NCBI RefSeq assembly: GCF_052425735.1
Contig: NC_135762.1
Span: 10,726,001-10,790,000, forward strand
Origin: Oculina patagonica
Lineage: Eukaryota
Length of the DNA stretch: 64,000 nucleotides
Direction of reading: 5' to 3'
A program made the translations under genes and the position numbers. Shown in pieces: positions 36,950 through 50,562 of the stretch. The notes under the pieces are model-generated. The model was not told the DNA's origin and ran no database searches. It saw only the letters and a program-made list of their open reading frames with translations. Numbering within the stretch: the stretch's first letter is position 1; every line of letters begins with the position of its first letter.

Positions 36950-39598
36950 TAAAGGTGCAGGCTATCCGTCAACTACAGTGTATTAGGAACGTGCCGAACA
37001 CAGCGCTGTAATTAATTGCAGTAACAAAAATAGTCTAGCTTTAGAGTGTAAAAGTTAATGATGAAATAACGGCCGGCTTTGCGATATCTAGAGCTATGCG
37101 ATTCATCGTCCTGTATGGATTTGCACAACAGCAATGTTCTTCAACAAATTTTACCATTTTTAAAACCACAAAGAAGCCCTAGAATTTCGAGTGCATGCCA
37201 CTGTCCTTTAAAATATTTTAAAAATTAGACACTCGAACCAAGTGACTAGCTAATTAACAAATTTGCCATCTTTCTAAAATGTTGATAAAATCGCTAATTC
37301 ATTGGACAGGCACAAGTGGTGCTACTCGTACATGGCCATGTGATCAACGAATTACAGGTTTGTAAACAGATGTTTGTTTGGGGTGTTTTGTGTTATGTAA
37401 CCATTCTATCGACTCTGTTCTGTGGTTGAAGCCCACTATGCTAAGCAAAAATCCTGGGTGTTTGACCTTTATTCTTATTATCGATGAACATTGAGCTGAC
37501 TAAATCCCTTTTCCGGCGTTTTTTTTTTTTATGATCGCAGCCGATCACGAATAAGTGAAGTACACGGATTCATGTAATTCCTACTCTGGTTGGAATTTTC
37601 TCTGCTTAAAATCCAGTTTCCCATGATAATTAAAACTGTCTTAGAAACAGATGGAAGCATTTTGTCAGGGGAATGTAACAATGTATACTTTTATCTTCCG
37701 TTGTTGACAAATCTCTCACGAAGGATTTTCGCCTTCATAGATGATCAATATTTTCTTTACCTCAACATGTGCAAAATTCATTTAAAGAAGAAGGATTTCT
37801 AAATATTTTTAGCCTTTGCTAAGCCAGAGATAAAATCCTAAGACTCTTCATCCTTTATACCACGAAGATAACTCGCTTTCATTGGCCAAATCGCTAATCG
37901 TATACGATTATACAAAAGTGTGTCTTTGTTGGGCTATTTTTGTGTATGACAGGCAGAGAAATAGCTAGAAATGTAACTGGTCAACAACGATGCAAATCGA
38001 TCTATTAATGATAGCTAATAACCGTAATCTTAATTTTATCAGCAAAGAAAAATAATGATCGATTGAAATTCTTTCAACGGAACGAATACTTCATCGAGCT
38101 CATCCGTGCAGATTGAATCTGAACTGTTTCCTTTCATTTTCCAACCAATTCAACTTGTTCTGTTCGGGCCGCGAAAGAGAATTGCGAAAGACTTAAAAAG
38201 CTTTGATATAGCTGAGACCTGTAGAGACCTTAGAGACCTTGATTTGAATACAAAATCTCTCAAAAATAATCAAACCAAATATTTGAAAATGGTCGTAAGA
38301 AAATTGTGATGCTGATCTAAAACATCGGTCTGTTTATTTATGATAACCAATTTTTTGCAGTGTTTGAAAAAGCTCTTGCCGCCGGGCTCTACTGTTCAAA
38401 CTTAATTACTTTCAAACACAACTCAACTATAAAAAATATAATACCTTTTCGAAATCAACAGACCAAATCTGATCTTGATTAATTCTTTATTTGGCAATTT
38501 CCCTTTCGATTTTACCTTAATCACAAACCAGTCTGAAAGTCAATAAAGTTACCCTGTTATGGGAAAACACAAACTCAATTATCCCAGTCATTTTGGAATC
38601 TTTTACAAATGTTTTTAGCACAATAAAAGAAGAGGTTCTTAAAATATTCTTTTGTCGCCTTTAGAGACAATGCGAACAAAAACGTATTTTCTGGTCTGTT
38701 ATTACTTAAACAATAAGCATAACCACAATCTTTTTACTCGTAATGGCCTAACCATTAAGTAACTCAATAAAAAGACCTTGACACAAAACCTCTTCAATGA
38801 TGAATTACTTGAATATGTTTTTCTATCTCTGCGCTAAAACTGAACCTCAAACAATGTTGTACTCGCGCTCCAAAGAGTCGATGGAATTAGCAACCATTGA
38901 AACTGCCAACGCATTGTTTTATAAAAGAATTACTTAAGATCTATCCGCAGTTTGTTTTTGTTTCGTCCGTCTTTAATTTCGGCGCAGAGCTTTGTGTAAA
39001 CAAGCTGAAAAGTGACCTCCTCTAGAAAGGTTCAACGCTATTTATTGCAGTTGACATATCGCAAATATTTAGTAATTCCTGTACAGGCATGTGTGCCATT
39101 AAGGGTGACCTTTCCGCTTAAAGCCCACCTCGCGCAAGCCTTTAAATCAACACAAACGGTATCCAGCGATTCTACAAGCGGTTTTCACAGCAGAAGTAGA
39201 TTAAACACTCATTGGGGGTTTCCGTATTCCCGTAAATCGTTTCTATTCTACAAATAGAAGTCTCATTAACAAACCAGATGCTAATTTAAACATGCCTGGA
39301 ATGTTTAGTGCGGCTTTTACAGGACAAAAGCATGTCACTTGACTAAAACTGTACAAATAAATCTGCGAGGCAAAAGCAGAAAGAAGATTAAAAAACTGAA
39401 TTATGGTCGACTCAATGACCACATTTTCTAGCACGTGTCTCTTCCATTCCTTGAAATTCCAAGAAGTGCATATAGGCGTCTAAGGTTTATTTTTAGATCT
39501 CACAATACGATGAGAGATAGGGTTTTAAGTTGTGAACAATTAGCACGCTGCATTCTTCTGATTGCTCTCTGCTCTAATCAGTGCACCACTCTCGACCA

Positions 39599-40195
39599 TC
39601 ACAAACCATTTACAATCTTCTTGATTTCGGCCCCCGCTTTGATAAGGAACGACGCGCAGTCGAAATGCCCCCCGCGCACCGCGAAATCCAGCGCGGAGCA
39701 CCCTTGCGAGTCCAGCAACTCCACTTCAGCCCCGAAATCAATCAGCAGTTGAAGGCATTCGAAGCTCCCTTCTGCGGCCGCGTAATGTAACGCTGTGAGT
39801 CCAGACGGACTCTGGTGATTCACATCGATTTCGTCTTTTTGCATAATTCTCGTTAGCTCATCTACATCGTTGTCGGTGACCGCAGTGAAAAAGACGACTT
39901 CAGGAGCGAACGACACACTTCTTGTCCTCTTCAACCCATTTGGCGGAGGATCCGAAACTATCTCCTTACTGCGCGTTGGCCTTTTCGAGTGCATCCTTGC
40001 CATTTCTTGACAGTCCGGTAAGGAAGAAGCCCTCCTCAACACTCCTAGGTTCCTTTCATTTGGCGGCCTGTTTATTTTATGCTTTATGCTAGCCTCGGAA
40101 TATTTCCTTGCCTTGACGCGGCCGTACCGTTCGTCCTTCATTCTCTCTACGGAAGGGGCAAAACCACAAAACGATTGTCGACGATAGCCGTTCAT
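39599..40195 (-). CDS. PPP1R27: Protein phosphatase 1 regulatory subunit, PPP1R27-like (RVxF motif + ankyrin repeats), single exon
   Basis: RSVSF PP1-docking motif directly before ankyrin repeats (SGLTALHYAAAEGSFECLQLLIDFGAEV; GCSALDFAVRGGHFDCASFLIKAGA); RRASS candidate PKA site; 198-aa intact ORF. Exact orthology not tested. Confidence 0.8.
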   Translation of the reverse strand: MNGYRRQSFCGFAPSVERMKDERYGRVKARKYSEASIKHKINRPPNERNLGVLRRASSLPDCQEMARMHSKRPTRSKEIVSDPPPNGLKRTRSVSFAPEVVFFTAVTDNDVDELTRIMQKDEIDVNHQSPSGLTALHYAAAEGSFECLQLLIDFGAEVELLDSQGCSALDFAVRGGHFDCASFLIKAGAEIKKIVNGL

Positions 40196-40519
40196 GGCTT
40201 TTTGATCGATGAAGGAAGAGCACTCGAAGCCCGTGCGTGAAATTAAGCCAATGTTACACTACCTTGGGCGTTCGTGTACGATTATTTCCCTTCCACTTGA
40301 TCGTAAAGTTCAAGTGTTGATGACAGAAATCCTTGAGAAAGAGCTTTGAAGTGCAGAACAGCGGAGCCTCGGCCAAAAATGCGGCTTGAGTTATCTCATC
40401 GTCTGATAAACGTCCAGTGGACAATATCAAAGCACACATCAACTTGTCCCTTACTTATGCGGTCCATCTAGTTGACATCTAGTGTCAACCGCAGTATTTT
40501 AGCCGTAATTAGTGAGGCG

Positions 40520-40533
40520 TGACGTCATTGACG
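40520..40533. promoter_or_regulatory. Candidate CRE (TGACGTCA) plus adjacent TGACG half-site upstream of the PPP1R27-like gene
   Basis: Perfect palindrome at 40520-40527, ~325 bp upstream of ATG 40195. Confidence 0.4.
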
Positions 40534-43035
40534 CGCAACAATACGTGTGTTCCCGGGTCAGACTTAATTATTTGGCGGGTTTTTCCCTCCCACGTGGCTC
40601 GTTTGCTTTGTAGATTTAAAGGGCCTTTTCTTTTAATACGCTAATATTTAAACTGCAACTTAAGTGACTTTCAAAATTCGCTTTTCACCAAAGTGGACAT
40701 AACCGAAAGTGTATCCCAACGATCGATCGAATTGACGCTAGGAAATGGTAAAACTATGTGGCCAGCTAACCAGTAATTGCCCAGGAACAGAGCTGAGGGG
40801 GGAAAGAATCGCAGCCAAAGGCTAAACGCAAATGATTAAAGTGTCATTATTTTATCATCAGTAGCCGCGGCAAAACAGTGAGAGAATTTTTTTAATTGTT
40901 TGTGTTAAATCTCCTGCTACCCCCCGCAACACTGGACCCGGGAGTGGGGACGTTGAGAGGGGGGAGGGGTTGCGGGGTTGGGGATGGAGCATATTCCGCT
41001 GTGTAAGCTACACAGGCTTCTGTCACCCTAACCTAAAAGGGTACATATTTTGCCTTTTATTGTTTGAAATAGGAGGGAAACGCATTTCAGTCTTACAAGG
41101 CACTACAAGACTGATACACTTTAGAAATTATATTGCTTCCGGCTGAAGTCTGAGAAATAGGGTACAGATTTCAAAGGTTCGATCTGAAGGACGGTACGGA
41201 AAATGATCTATTTTAACCAAACATCTCGAGAAGCTAAAGTTGTACGTAAGTACAGTTCATCCCACCTACTCACCCACCACCCCCTCCCACATCATTTCCG
41301 TCTCATCATAGGCGAAGAGTTAAATCAACCGGGTTGTGGTGTTTCAAGCTAGCATTCCAAAAAACAATGTACCGGAAAAATCTTGGCTAGGGACATTCCG
41401 TGGTTTGTGTTGCAAACGTCAACAAACGTGTTTCAATGATTGTTGTTTGGTAAACCTCTAATTGTAGCAAGTATTTATATAAACCCTGTCGAATAAGAGA
41501 TAACACACTGGTTGTTTAGCTTTGTTCAGTTGCGTAATCTCCTTTAATCTCTGATAGCAGGATCAACATATATAGTCTCTCCTTACAATAAAAAATTTAA
41601 AGGAGTAAATGCTTTTCCCTGCAACTGTCAACCATCGCGTAGCCACTGAAAATTTAGCCGTCTACCGTCAGATAGCAATTTTTGGCCGGCGTTCACCGTC
41701 CAAACTAACCTCCCATTACGACTTTCTAATAAGAGATAAGGTGCAGGTGGCATTGTCTAACTACGTACTATGCTCACTGATCCCGTATTTATCACCGATA
41801 GTGACTGATAAACAGATCATTCTTCTTTACGATACCAGTACACTACCAAACAGATAAGTGATGAGAATGGAGAAAATCATAAACTAGGGGATTATATTTT
41901 TATTGCTTACGAGTAAGACCAAATCGCTAGAATTTATGTGGAGCAGTTGGAATGGAGAATTAACATTTCGGGATTACGCAAAGAAAGGCTTAAATTGCTA
42001 TTTTTATCAAAGAGTGTTTAATGTTCACTATTTAAACCTCTTACCTATATTAAATAACTCCATTCAATAATAGATAAGATACAGGTTGACTACTGTCCTT
42101 CAGATAAAATTTATCCCGGTTCCGGATCTTTCTGTAATTTTTTAATCCATTTATATATTTACTGATATAATTTTATTGCACAGTAATCAAGCAGTGGTTC
42201 TCGTACGAATCCTTGCGATTCGAACCACAAAAATGAAACGAAAAATCCATTAAATTGTAATGAATTTCACTCTAGGGGGATGAACATTAATTCAAAGGGA
42301 GAAATGAAAGCATAACGTTAACGTTAATAAGCTTAGTTAACACTACCCAAGGCTACCTTGATGCCTTAAATAATTAACATCAAAAAGAAAATAAGGAAAT
42401 TGTTTTAGAATATATCAAGTATTGCAGTTAACCCTTAGACGATAGACATGCTAAGTTATACCTTTTTAATTTGTGCCGCCGGACAGTGATATTATCTTAC
42501 GATTGTAATCAGAGGTCTTTTAAATCATGATGTCTTGTATTTAAACAAGATAGGCCAGGGAACGCACGGATATCTGGTGTTTCGAGTATAAATTGGGCGG
42601 CTCCCCTGCCTGTGCGTTCGCAGGTGGAGGGTAAATCGAGATTTTTCAGCAGGGTGAATGACTCAGCTGCTAGTCATTTAAAACTATCTTTTCTACAAGA
42701 GTCGACTACTTGGAGTGAGCATCTTTATAGGTTCATGCCGCAGAGTATTTTCAGACCGTCCTTTTTTAGAATTCGTTTTAGGAAAATTCGTTTTTTGCTG
42801 ACCCGTGATCACAAGCGTCTGCGTTTCTAATGATTTAATAAGCCATAGCTGACCTCCAACTCGTGAGAAAGTAGATCTAAATAGACACATGTAGCTTCAT
42901 GTCAGACAGTTACGAGGAGTGTTCATTAGAGACTGATGAAGCCGCTGCGAAAAAACAAACGCCCAACGAGGAAATTCTGTCAAAAATCTTGAAGTGTTGT
43001 TGTACTGTTTTCCTGTATCGTTTAGGGCCTTTTAA

Positions 43036-43631
43036 TCCTCGGACGTACAAGCAAACTCATACCCCCACCACCGTACAAGGGGGGGGGGAAGGTGGGGGGG
43101 GGTGGAACCCCTCCCCGGAGTTTTTGTTATATTAAGGCGTAGCGAAATTATTTTGCTCTTAGAAGAAAGCTCTTAGCTTACTCTACAAGATGACATAATT
43201 TTAATTGACTGTGACGTCATATGACGTCACATGACGTCATAAGAGCCGCAATCTTGGATCCACCATCTTGGATTTCAACATTTTCTTAGAAAGTCACAAA
43301 ATAACGGAAATTGATGCAAAATCAAGCTAGAATGCTTATGGAATTTAAAAATAAACAAATCTTACATTTCTGTTTTAAAAAACTGGAAAAAAATCAAGAA
43401 AAATGTTAAAAATGACGATTTTTGGCAAGACCTGCTTGTATTTATGACGTTGCCATGGCAACGTCATATACCATGGACACATGGTTGACATATCACAATT
43501 TCCGCAAAGGATGAATGAACAGCTACCGAAAGTTTCAGCATTGTAGGGTAAATGCTTTTTTCAAAATTGGGAAAAAACCTTACGGGGGGGGGGGGGGGGG
43601 TGGCATCCAACCCCCCTTGTACGTCCGAGGG
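43036..43631. mobile_element. piggyBac-type MITE; a truncated end copy lies at ~44165-44342
   Basis: TTAA TSD; TIR (T/C)CCTCGGACGTACAAG / CTTGTACGTCCGAGGG. Confidence 0.85.
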
Positions 43632-44520
43632 TTAAAGGGATATTTGTTTGTAAACTAACACAGTTAAATCTTTTCCGAGATTTTCTAGCTAAACATTAAA
43701 ATGGTAGAAGCTTAAGGGCGGAAATATCATTAACCGAATTTTCGAGCTGTTATTGTTGGCGTTTTTTCCGTACCCAAAACAACGTTTTACCACTCCGAGA
43801 AAAACAGGTGTTATAGATTTTCCACATAACGAAGGTTCGAGGTGACATTTCACTAAAACAAGTTTGAGGACTTCCTAGCAGATATTCATGCATCGAAATG
43901 ATCCGTGGGGTGCACTTATCTCTTTGCAGAGTAGCAGCTCAGAACAAAATGCTAGAGAGGACTGGAGACTCGGATACCCTTTCTGGTCCTTCAGCCAGCT
44001 TTAGACATATTAAAAGGGAAACACTCGATGAAGCCAGCCGCGATGCTCTTTTTTGCGTCTTCTTTAAATGCAAAATTTGTCAGCTTTGTTATGATTTTAA
44101 ATATAAATGGTTTCCGCACATTCTCAATTATTTCACTCATGTCCCGTAGAACTTTGTTTTTTAACCTTCGGACGTACAAGGGGTGGGGGGGATGCCACCT
44201 TACATGATGTTTTTCGAAATTTTGAAAAGAGGTTTTACTCTACAAAGCTGTTCATTCATCCCTTGCAGAAATTTTAACATGTCAACCATGTGTCCATGAT
44301 ATTTGACGTTGCTATGGCAACGTCATAATTACAAGCAGGTCTTCTCTTTCTGAGAATTTTGTGGTACATAAAGAGAATATAATCCTTATAGACTATGGTT
44401 TTCTTTATATATTCTCCTTACTTGTCTGCTGTGGAATGTGTCGTTATGATGAGAAGATTTAAGACGTCGATCTCTTTTTTGAATAAAATTGCGGTGGATT
44501 AACAATGAGAATCTGACTAA

Positions 44521-44821
44521 GGGACGGACCATTTAATTTTTGAGGATGGGGAGGAGGGTGTGTGTTGGGGAGAGGCAATATTTCTAAGTGAGAATTTTTT
44601 TCAGCATTGGTATTTTAAAGAAGTTTCTTTACCCACATTACCTATACCTTGTATAAGATTTTTTTGCACCATCCATCTTTAGCAGGTAGGACTTGCTTGC
44701 ACTTTTCCTCTTGCTTACTTGTGTACGATTTTTTTGTCTTACTTTTTTTGTGCAAGAAGGTTTTTCGTAATTGCCCAACCTCTCCCCCCCCCCCCCCTCA
44801 AAAAATAAATGGTCCCGTCTC
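44521..44821. mobile_element. Harbinger-like MITE just upstream of the collagen-Ig gene
   Basis: TAA flanks; GGGACGGACCATTT / AAATGGTCCCGTCTC. Confidence 0.65.
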
Positions 44822-44961
44822 TAACACCGTCGCAACAAGAATTTCTCTTCTCAAGTTTCGACTTCCGCTTAGTCTAAGCACAGTACGAAAACAACTTCAC
44901 ACAGACAGTTTGCCTCTATTTATAAGTTTCAATCGGTAAGCCCTACAAACCATTATTGGGG

Positions 44962-47900
44962 ATGTCTAACAAGACTGCGCCGAGTTCCCCTTGCCTGTTT
45001 GGCGCATCCTTGTCAGTGCTGTGTCTTATTCTGCTGTGTGCTTCGACGATACGAAATGAGTCAAGGCACTCTGACCTCGAATCACGAGTTATTTTGGTAG
45101 AAGCATCTTTAGATGATCTAAGGACGAAGCTTGCTCGTGTCTCCGCGAAAGAAGATTCGGCAGAAAGTAACAAAGGTAAAGGTTTCAATTAATTTCTGTT
45201 GATTAATTCAGATAAACACCAACTTTTCATCGATACGTGACTTAATCGACTCATATTTGTCATAATTCTTGTGCGTTTCATCGATAATGGGGTCACTACC
45301 TTTTTATTTTATATTTAAAGATTAGTTTGGCATTCCAATTCCGGAGTACTATAATGGTACTACGTAAATTCAAATTGCCCATGGACATGGACATCAATAC
45401 CTCTTGCTAAGGGACTGGTCAATAAGTATCAGGGGGGGTGGGCCGGAGCAATTGGAAAAGTGGTGGCTCGAAAATTTGTGACCCACCCCTTCCGTCTGGC
45501 TCAAAACTGACTAACCCACCCCTAACAGGTGGTTGAAAATTACATGACCCACCCCCTTTGCTAAAAAAAATCAGGGGACCTATCATTTCTTTTACATCTG
45601 TTAGGGGTTGGAGATTTTTAAATTGACTTCAGCTTTTAAAGTGAAACTCCCTACATAGACATTTCCCTGATGGACACTGCTGTTCCATGTACGTCTTTTT
45701 CCATTTCTTGCACACCAAAGAAGGATGAATTTATCACTTCTCATACTAGCCTTTTGTAAGTTTTCCACACATTTGTGTGTAAAGTCCATGGGGAAACTGA
45801 ATCAGTATATGATATTAATTCATAATCAATTACTGAAGAGTTCATATTTTTATACAGAAATTAATAACATAAAATACAACCACTGTCAGTCATTCATATT
45901 TGCAAATTATTTGAGAAAAGAGTTTACTGGTATTAAAAGGCCTAAAGCCCTGCATGAATCTATGTAGGTTGAAGAGAGTCAGGTAAAACTGATGATATGA
46001 TTCCAAGCCATCTAGGGGGGTCAGGGGGCATGCTCCCCCGGGAAATTTTATATTTGGGCCTTTTGAAATCGCTAGAAATTCATTTAAAACTGCTTAAATG
46101 GAGAAATTTATCAATTTTATATACTGATTAATTACAATACAACTTTTCTTGGAACTATAACAGTTAAAAGTTAGTGAATAAATAAGATGACCCACCCCCT
46201 ACGTGTAGATCAAAACTACATAACCCACCCCTTTTCGAGGGCTCAAAAACTGATGACCCACCCCCTTTCTGCTCCGGCCCACCCCCCCCCCCCCTGTACT
46301 TATTGACCAGTCCCTAAGTGATAGGCCATTGTGCCAATACCCTGCGAGCAGAGTATTGTGCCAAACGCGTGTGGAGTGTATGTAGAATGAAAGGGTCCCC
46401 CATTTCATACAGTTTTCGTGGACCTATACACACCATGGCACTCCCAAAAGTCGTAACTAGTCGTTCTTTTCTCAAAGGTCAGACCAACTCGCCAAGGCTA
46501 GGCTGCTTTGGGTAAGTTGGGCTCTGTAAGCCTAAGTCATGTAACATAAACTTCGGAAATGAGAAAAGTGAAAGTCGTGTATTTCTCATTGTGAAGCAAC
46601 TTTAGATCCAAAGAAGATCCTCAAAATAATTTTACACAGATTTTACTGATCAATAATTCTTGTTTACAGATGCAGCTTTCAATGACCTTGAAGATCATGT
46701 ATTGCGTTACCGCAAGAGCTTGTCACGTTCATCAGCGAACAATCCCTCAATCCAAAACGAGATCACAACACAAATCAGGAACGTGTTCTCAACAATGATA
46801 AACACATTTTGTGCACGAGATGAGAAACTCTGTTTGCAAGGACCAAAGGGGGACATGGGAACGCCAGGATTGCCAGGACCCATGGGAAGACCAGGAGCGA
46901 AAGGAGACAAGGGAAATCAAGGTTACCATGGCAAACAAGGGCGAATAGGTCTCAGAGGAGTGAAGGGTGCGCTGGGAAGGGATGGAATTAAGGGAGAGAA
47001 AGGTATGTTTAGAGAACTCTTGCAACTGCTTCCACTTCCAGCCCTTCTAACAAGAGGTTCTGGATCTCTCTCCTCCGAAGAGGCTGAATTGGTTATTTCC
47101 TGTGGAGAGAATCCGCTAAGCAATGTGAGTGCAGGCGCAAGGCAACTTTTACGCCCGCACTCATCTCGCACAGCGGATTTCTAAATCGAACGTTCCATGA
47201 AACCTCTTCGGCGGAGAGAAGGCCGGGATCGACTTAACCGAAAACCGACGAACAACCAAAGAATTAAGAGAGAAATATCTTGATTTCTTTGTTTCCTCAT
47301 GAGTATATAACCAACGTTCTTACACCCTCATTAAGGCCTCACTCTAACAAGTTTATCAAGCAACAGATTTCTGTGAACCAGTTTAAAGTCACTTCGAAAA
47401 ATCTTGAAGCAAAATTATGAATCGAAGAAAAAATAATAACCATCTTAGGATCTCTCATTCTTATTAAATGTTCCAACCATGTTCCTCAGCCTCACTTACC
47501 TCGTTTCCCTTTGTTATTTCGTGGCACATTTGAAGGGTAAAGGTACACAGCATTTGTTTTGTTCAGGATCAACTTGCTTGGCCACCACTGGCAGCCGATA
47601 AATGTTTGTAAAATGATCATCTCATTTAAATGTTGTTGAAGACAACTTCAATTTCATTTTAAAATCATTTTTCTCAGGTGACCCTGGCCAGTCAGTTTTT
47701 GCTCCCAAAATAACATTTCCACCGACCTCCTTAACCGTTCGTGAAAGCATTTCAGCATCGTTCAGATGCAAGGCGGAGGGTCTTCCCACACCTGTAATAG
47801 CCTGGACTCGAGCTGGAAGGTTACTTACTGGTGAACACCACGTGATTCAATCTGATAATACATTGCTACTAAGGAATGTGACGTATGCTGATCACGGGAC

Positions 47901-49322
47901 TTACACGTGCTCCGCTGTCAGTGTTCTGGGTAATGATAGTGCATCAGCCCACCTAACAGTGCACGGTAAATGTTTTAATGTTAAGCCTGTATATAAATCA
48001 TTTTTATTTGTATTCGTTTCCCGTAGAACTGGCTAATAATTTGATAAATAACTCTCTTATGCTGGCGCACAGGTCACACTACAGAATCTCATCCACAGGA
48101 TGAGAAGTCAAAACCACATATTAATAAAACGGGCTTCATCATTACTCTCTGTTAATCGCCCTTGACTGTGATTTCTCTTGCAGTTCCAGTTCAAATAACT
48201 AAAGGACCAAAATCCCTGGTGGTAGAAGAAGGCAGTGATCTAATCTTAACATGTACAGCGACGGGTCACCCTCAACCGAGCATTAGCTGGGAGAGACTGG
48301 GTTCATCTTTGGATACCAGGAGACTCCTCGTCGACGGTAACAACTTCATGATAAAATCCTCAAAAGTCTCGGACTCTGGAACGTACTCGTGCAGGGCCGA
48401 AAATGTTATTAATTTTGTGACTGCTTCGGCCAGTGTTGTTGTGGTACCAAAACTTCATTTCACTGTGAGCCCGCCTAAAACTATCGCGATTTTAGCGGAA
48501 AAATCAATTATCCTTCACTGTCAGGCTGACAGTGCAAACTTTCCAGTTGTGGTCACGTGGTCACGAGCAAACGGCCAGCGGTTGACTGCAAGCCACAGAA
48601 CACTGTCAAACGGCTCGCTCGTTATCGAAAAAGCATCCCAAGACGATCAAGGTATTTATACATGTAATGCTCGAAATCTAGTGGCTTTCCTTTCTTTCAA
48701 TGTCAGCGTCAATGTTGTGTTCGCAAGTTCCTGTAGTGAGCTAAAACGGGCTGGCTTTTCAGATAGCAAAACCTATTCCATCAGCCCGAGCGGATTGGCG
48801 CCATTCACTGTCTTCTGCGACATGCGTGACAAAAATGGCGTTGGCGTGACAGTTATTGGTCACGACAGTGAGGCACGAACTTTAGTTATCGGGAGCGAAG
48901 GTCCAGGTAGTTTTCAGCGGAATATAAATTACAGTGGCTATAGCAAACAACAGTTGGTCAACCTTATTAAAGCGTCTACAAAGTGTGAACAGTTTATTAA
49001 GTACGAATGTCACCACTCAGTATTGTTGTATGGCGATAACGAGGATGTCGGCTGGTGGGTGTCACGTGACGGTGTCCAGATGAACTACTGGGGAGGGGCC
49101 CCACCGGGAAGTCGTAAGTGCGCATGTGGCGTCAGCAAGTCATGTGTTTCATCAGGCATGCCCTGTAACTGTGATAACAATGATCTCGAGTGGAGAGAGG
49201 ACAGTGGGGTTTTGACAGATAAGTCAACGCTACCTGTGTCTCAGCTCAGGTTTGGAGATACAGGGGGCTCCGACGAGAAAGGATATTACACACTTGGAAA
49301 GTTGAAATGTTATAACTCGTAA
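44962..49322 (+). CDS. Type II membrane collagen-like protein (657 aa): signal anchor, 20 Gly-X-Y triplets, 3 Ig I-set domains, C-terminal Caspr/neurexin IV-type fibrinogen-like domain
   Basis: Exons 44962-45175, 46670-47002, 47678-47965, 48184-49322; all introns GT-AG, phase 1; total 1974 nt in frame. Ig motifs C..G.P.P..W and D.GTY.C.A.N; C-terminal [44 protein letters not shown]. Confidence 0.9.
45411..46314. mobile_element. Harbinger MITE in intron 1
   Basis: TAA TSD; TIR GGGACTGGTCAATAAGTA / TACTTATTGACCAGTCCC. Confidence 0.9.
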
Positions 49323-49603
49323 CCATTACATGTAAGCAGATAGTCTGACATCATATAATGGGCCGGGGAAGAAGAGAGTAGGGGGTACCAATCAAGGTTT
49401 ATGCGGAGAAGCCCCGCTCAGAGATCCAAACCCTGCTCTTTTATATACGACTTTTAACAGAAAAAGTAACCTTTTCATTTACCTATTATAAAAATGTTAC
49501 CCCTCCTAGAACTACCCTGCAGTAGAAATACTGCATTCCTTTTCTTAACTTCTCACTTGAGAACCTGTAAAATTACGTAGAGGAATCGGCCGTATTTTGC
49601 TAT

Positions 49604-50012
49604 TAAAGGAATCCTCCACTCTAATGACAAGTTGACGTTGAATTGTTTGGAAAAATGCCTAAATTTCAATTTTACAAGATAAGGTAGAAATAACATTTCA
49701 TCATCATAATAAATAAATTTTCCGCGCGCCGCCATTTTGGATTTTTTGACGTGTAATGGTTGCTCAATTGTTTCACACAAAAGATCGTCTGCTTCTAAAC
49801 AATAGTGGCAACCATTTCACGTCATAACATTCAAAATGGCAGCTCGCGGGGAATTTAAAAGCGAAAACCTTTTCCTTTTTGTGTTACTATTAAATGTTAT
49901 TTCTCCCTTGTCTCGTAAAATTTTATAATTTAGACATTATTCCAAATTACTCTGCCCGCCCCAGATAAACATGTGCCAAGATAAACTTGTCGTGAGAGTG
50001 TAAGTTTTCTTT
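49604..50012. mobile_element. Degenerate Kolobok-type MITE
   Basis: TTAAAGGAATCCTCCACTCTAATGACAAGTT / AACTTGTCGTGAGAGTGTAAGTTTTCTTTA. Confidence 0.55.
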
Positions 50013-50562
50013 ATCTTAGAATTAAAAAGAAAATATCTTTTTGTCACTAAACTTTTTGTCATCATAGTCTATGAACTATGTTGTCATATAACATTTCAAA
50101 TTTGGGCCATGGTAAGATCAAAGGGGAGAGACGCTGGGAACGAGGTTGCAAAGGGAGAAGTTCCACTAATTACTTAACCATAAACTTAGTCCTGTTAATA
50201 GATGCTATCTATTCATGGTGGGTTTTCAAAGATATTTAATCAGAAACAGTTCACCAGCAATTTCAATGAAAATGTTTATTAGAGAGAAATTCACACTTGT
50301 TTCTCTTTATATGTGTCTGAATCCTTATTAACCAAGTGGTGTGGAAGCTATATAAACTGGATTCCTAATTAACGGTTTAAACTTATCTATACAATATCTT
50401 AATTTGATTTATTGCTTCGTAGCGAGTTACTAGGAATATCTATAGAATTAGTATAATTTCCACTTTCATGCTTTCTTTTTAATCTAGCTTTTAGTCAAGA
50501 TTGGGTTTACGCCACTCAAGAAATTTTGTGAAACGCGAGCACCTTTAAAATCGTAAGGGTTA

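Noticed and set aside
47003-47184. Open frame continuing past the collagen exon donor
   Set aside because: There is a good GTATGT donor and exon 3 continues the Gly-X-Y register; the read-through has no supporting features.
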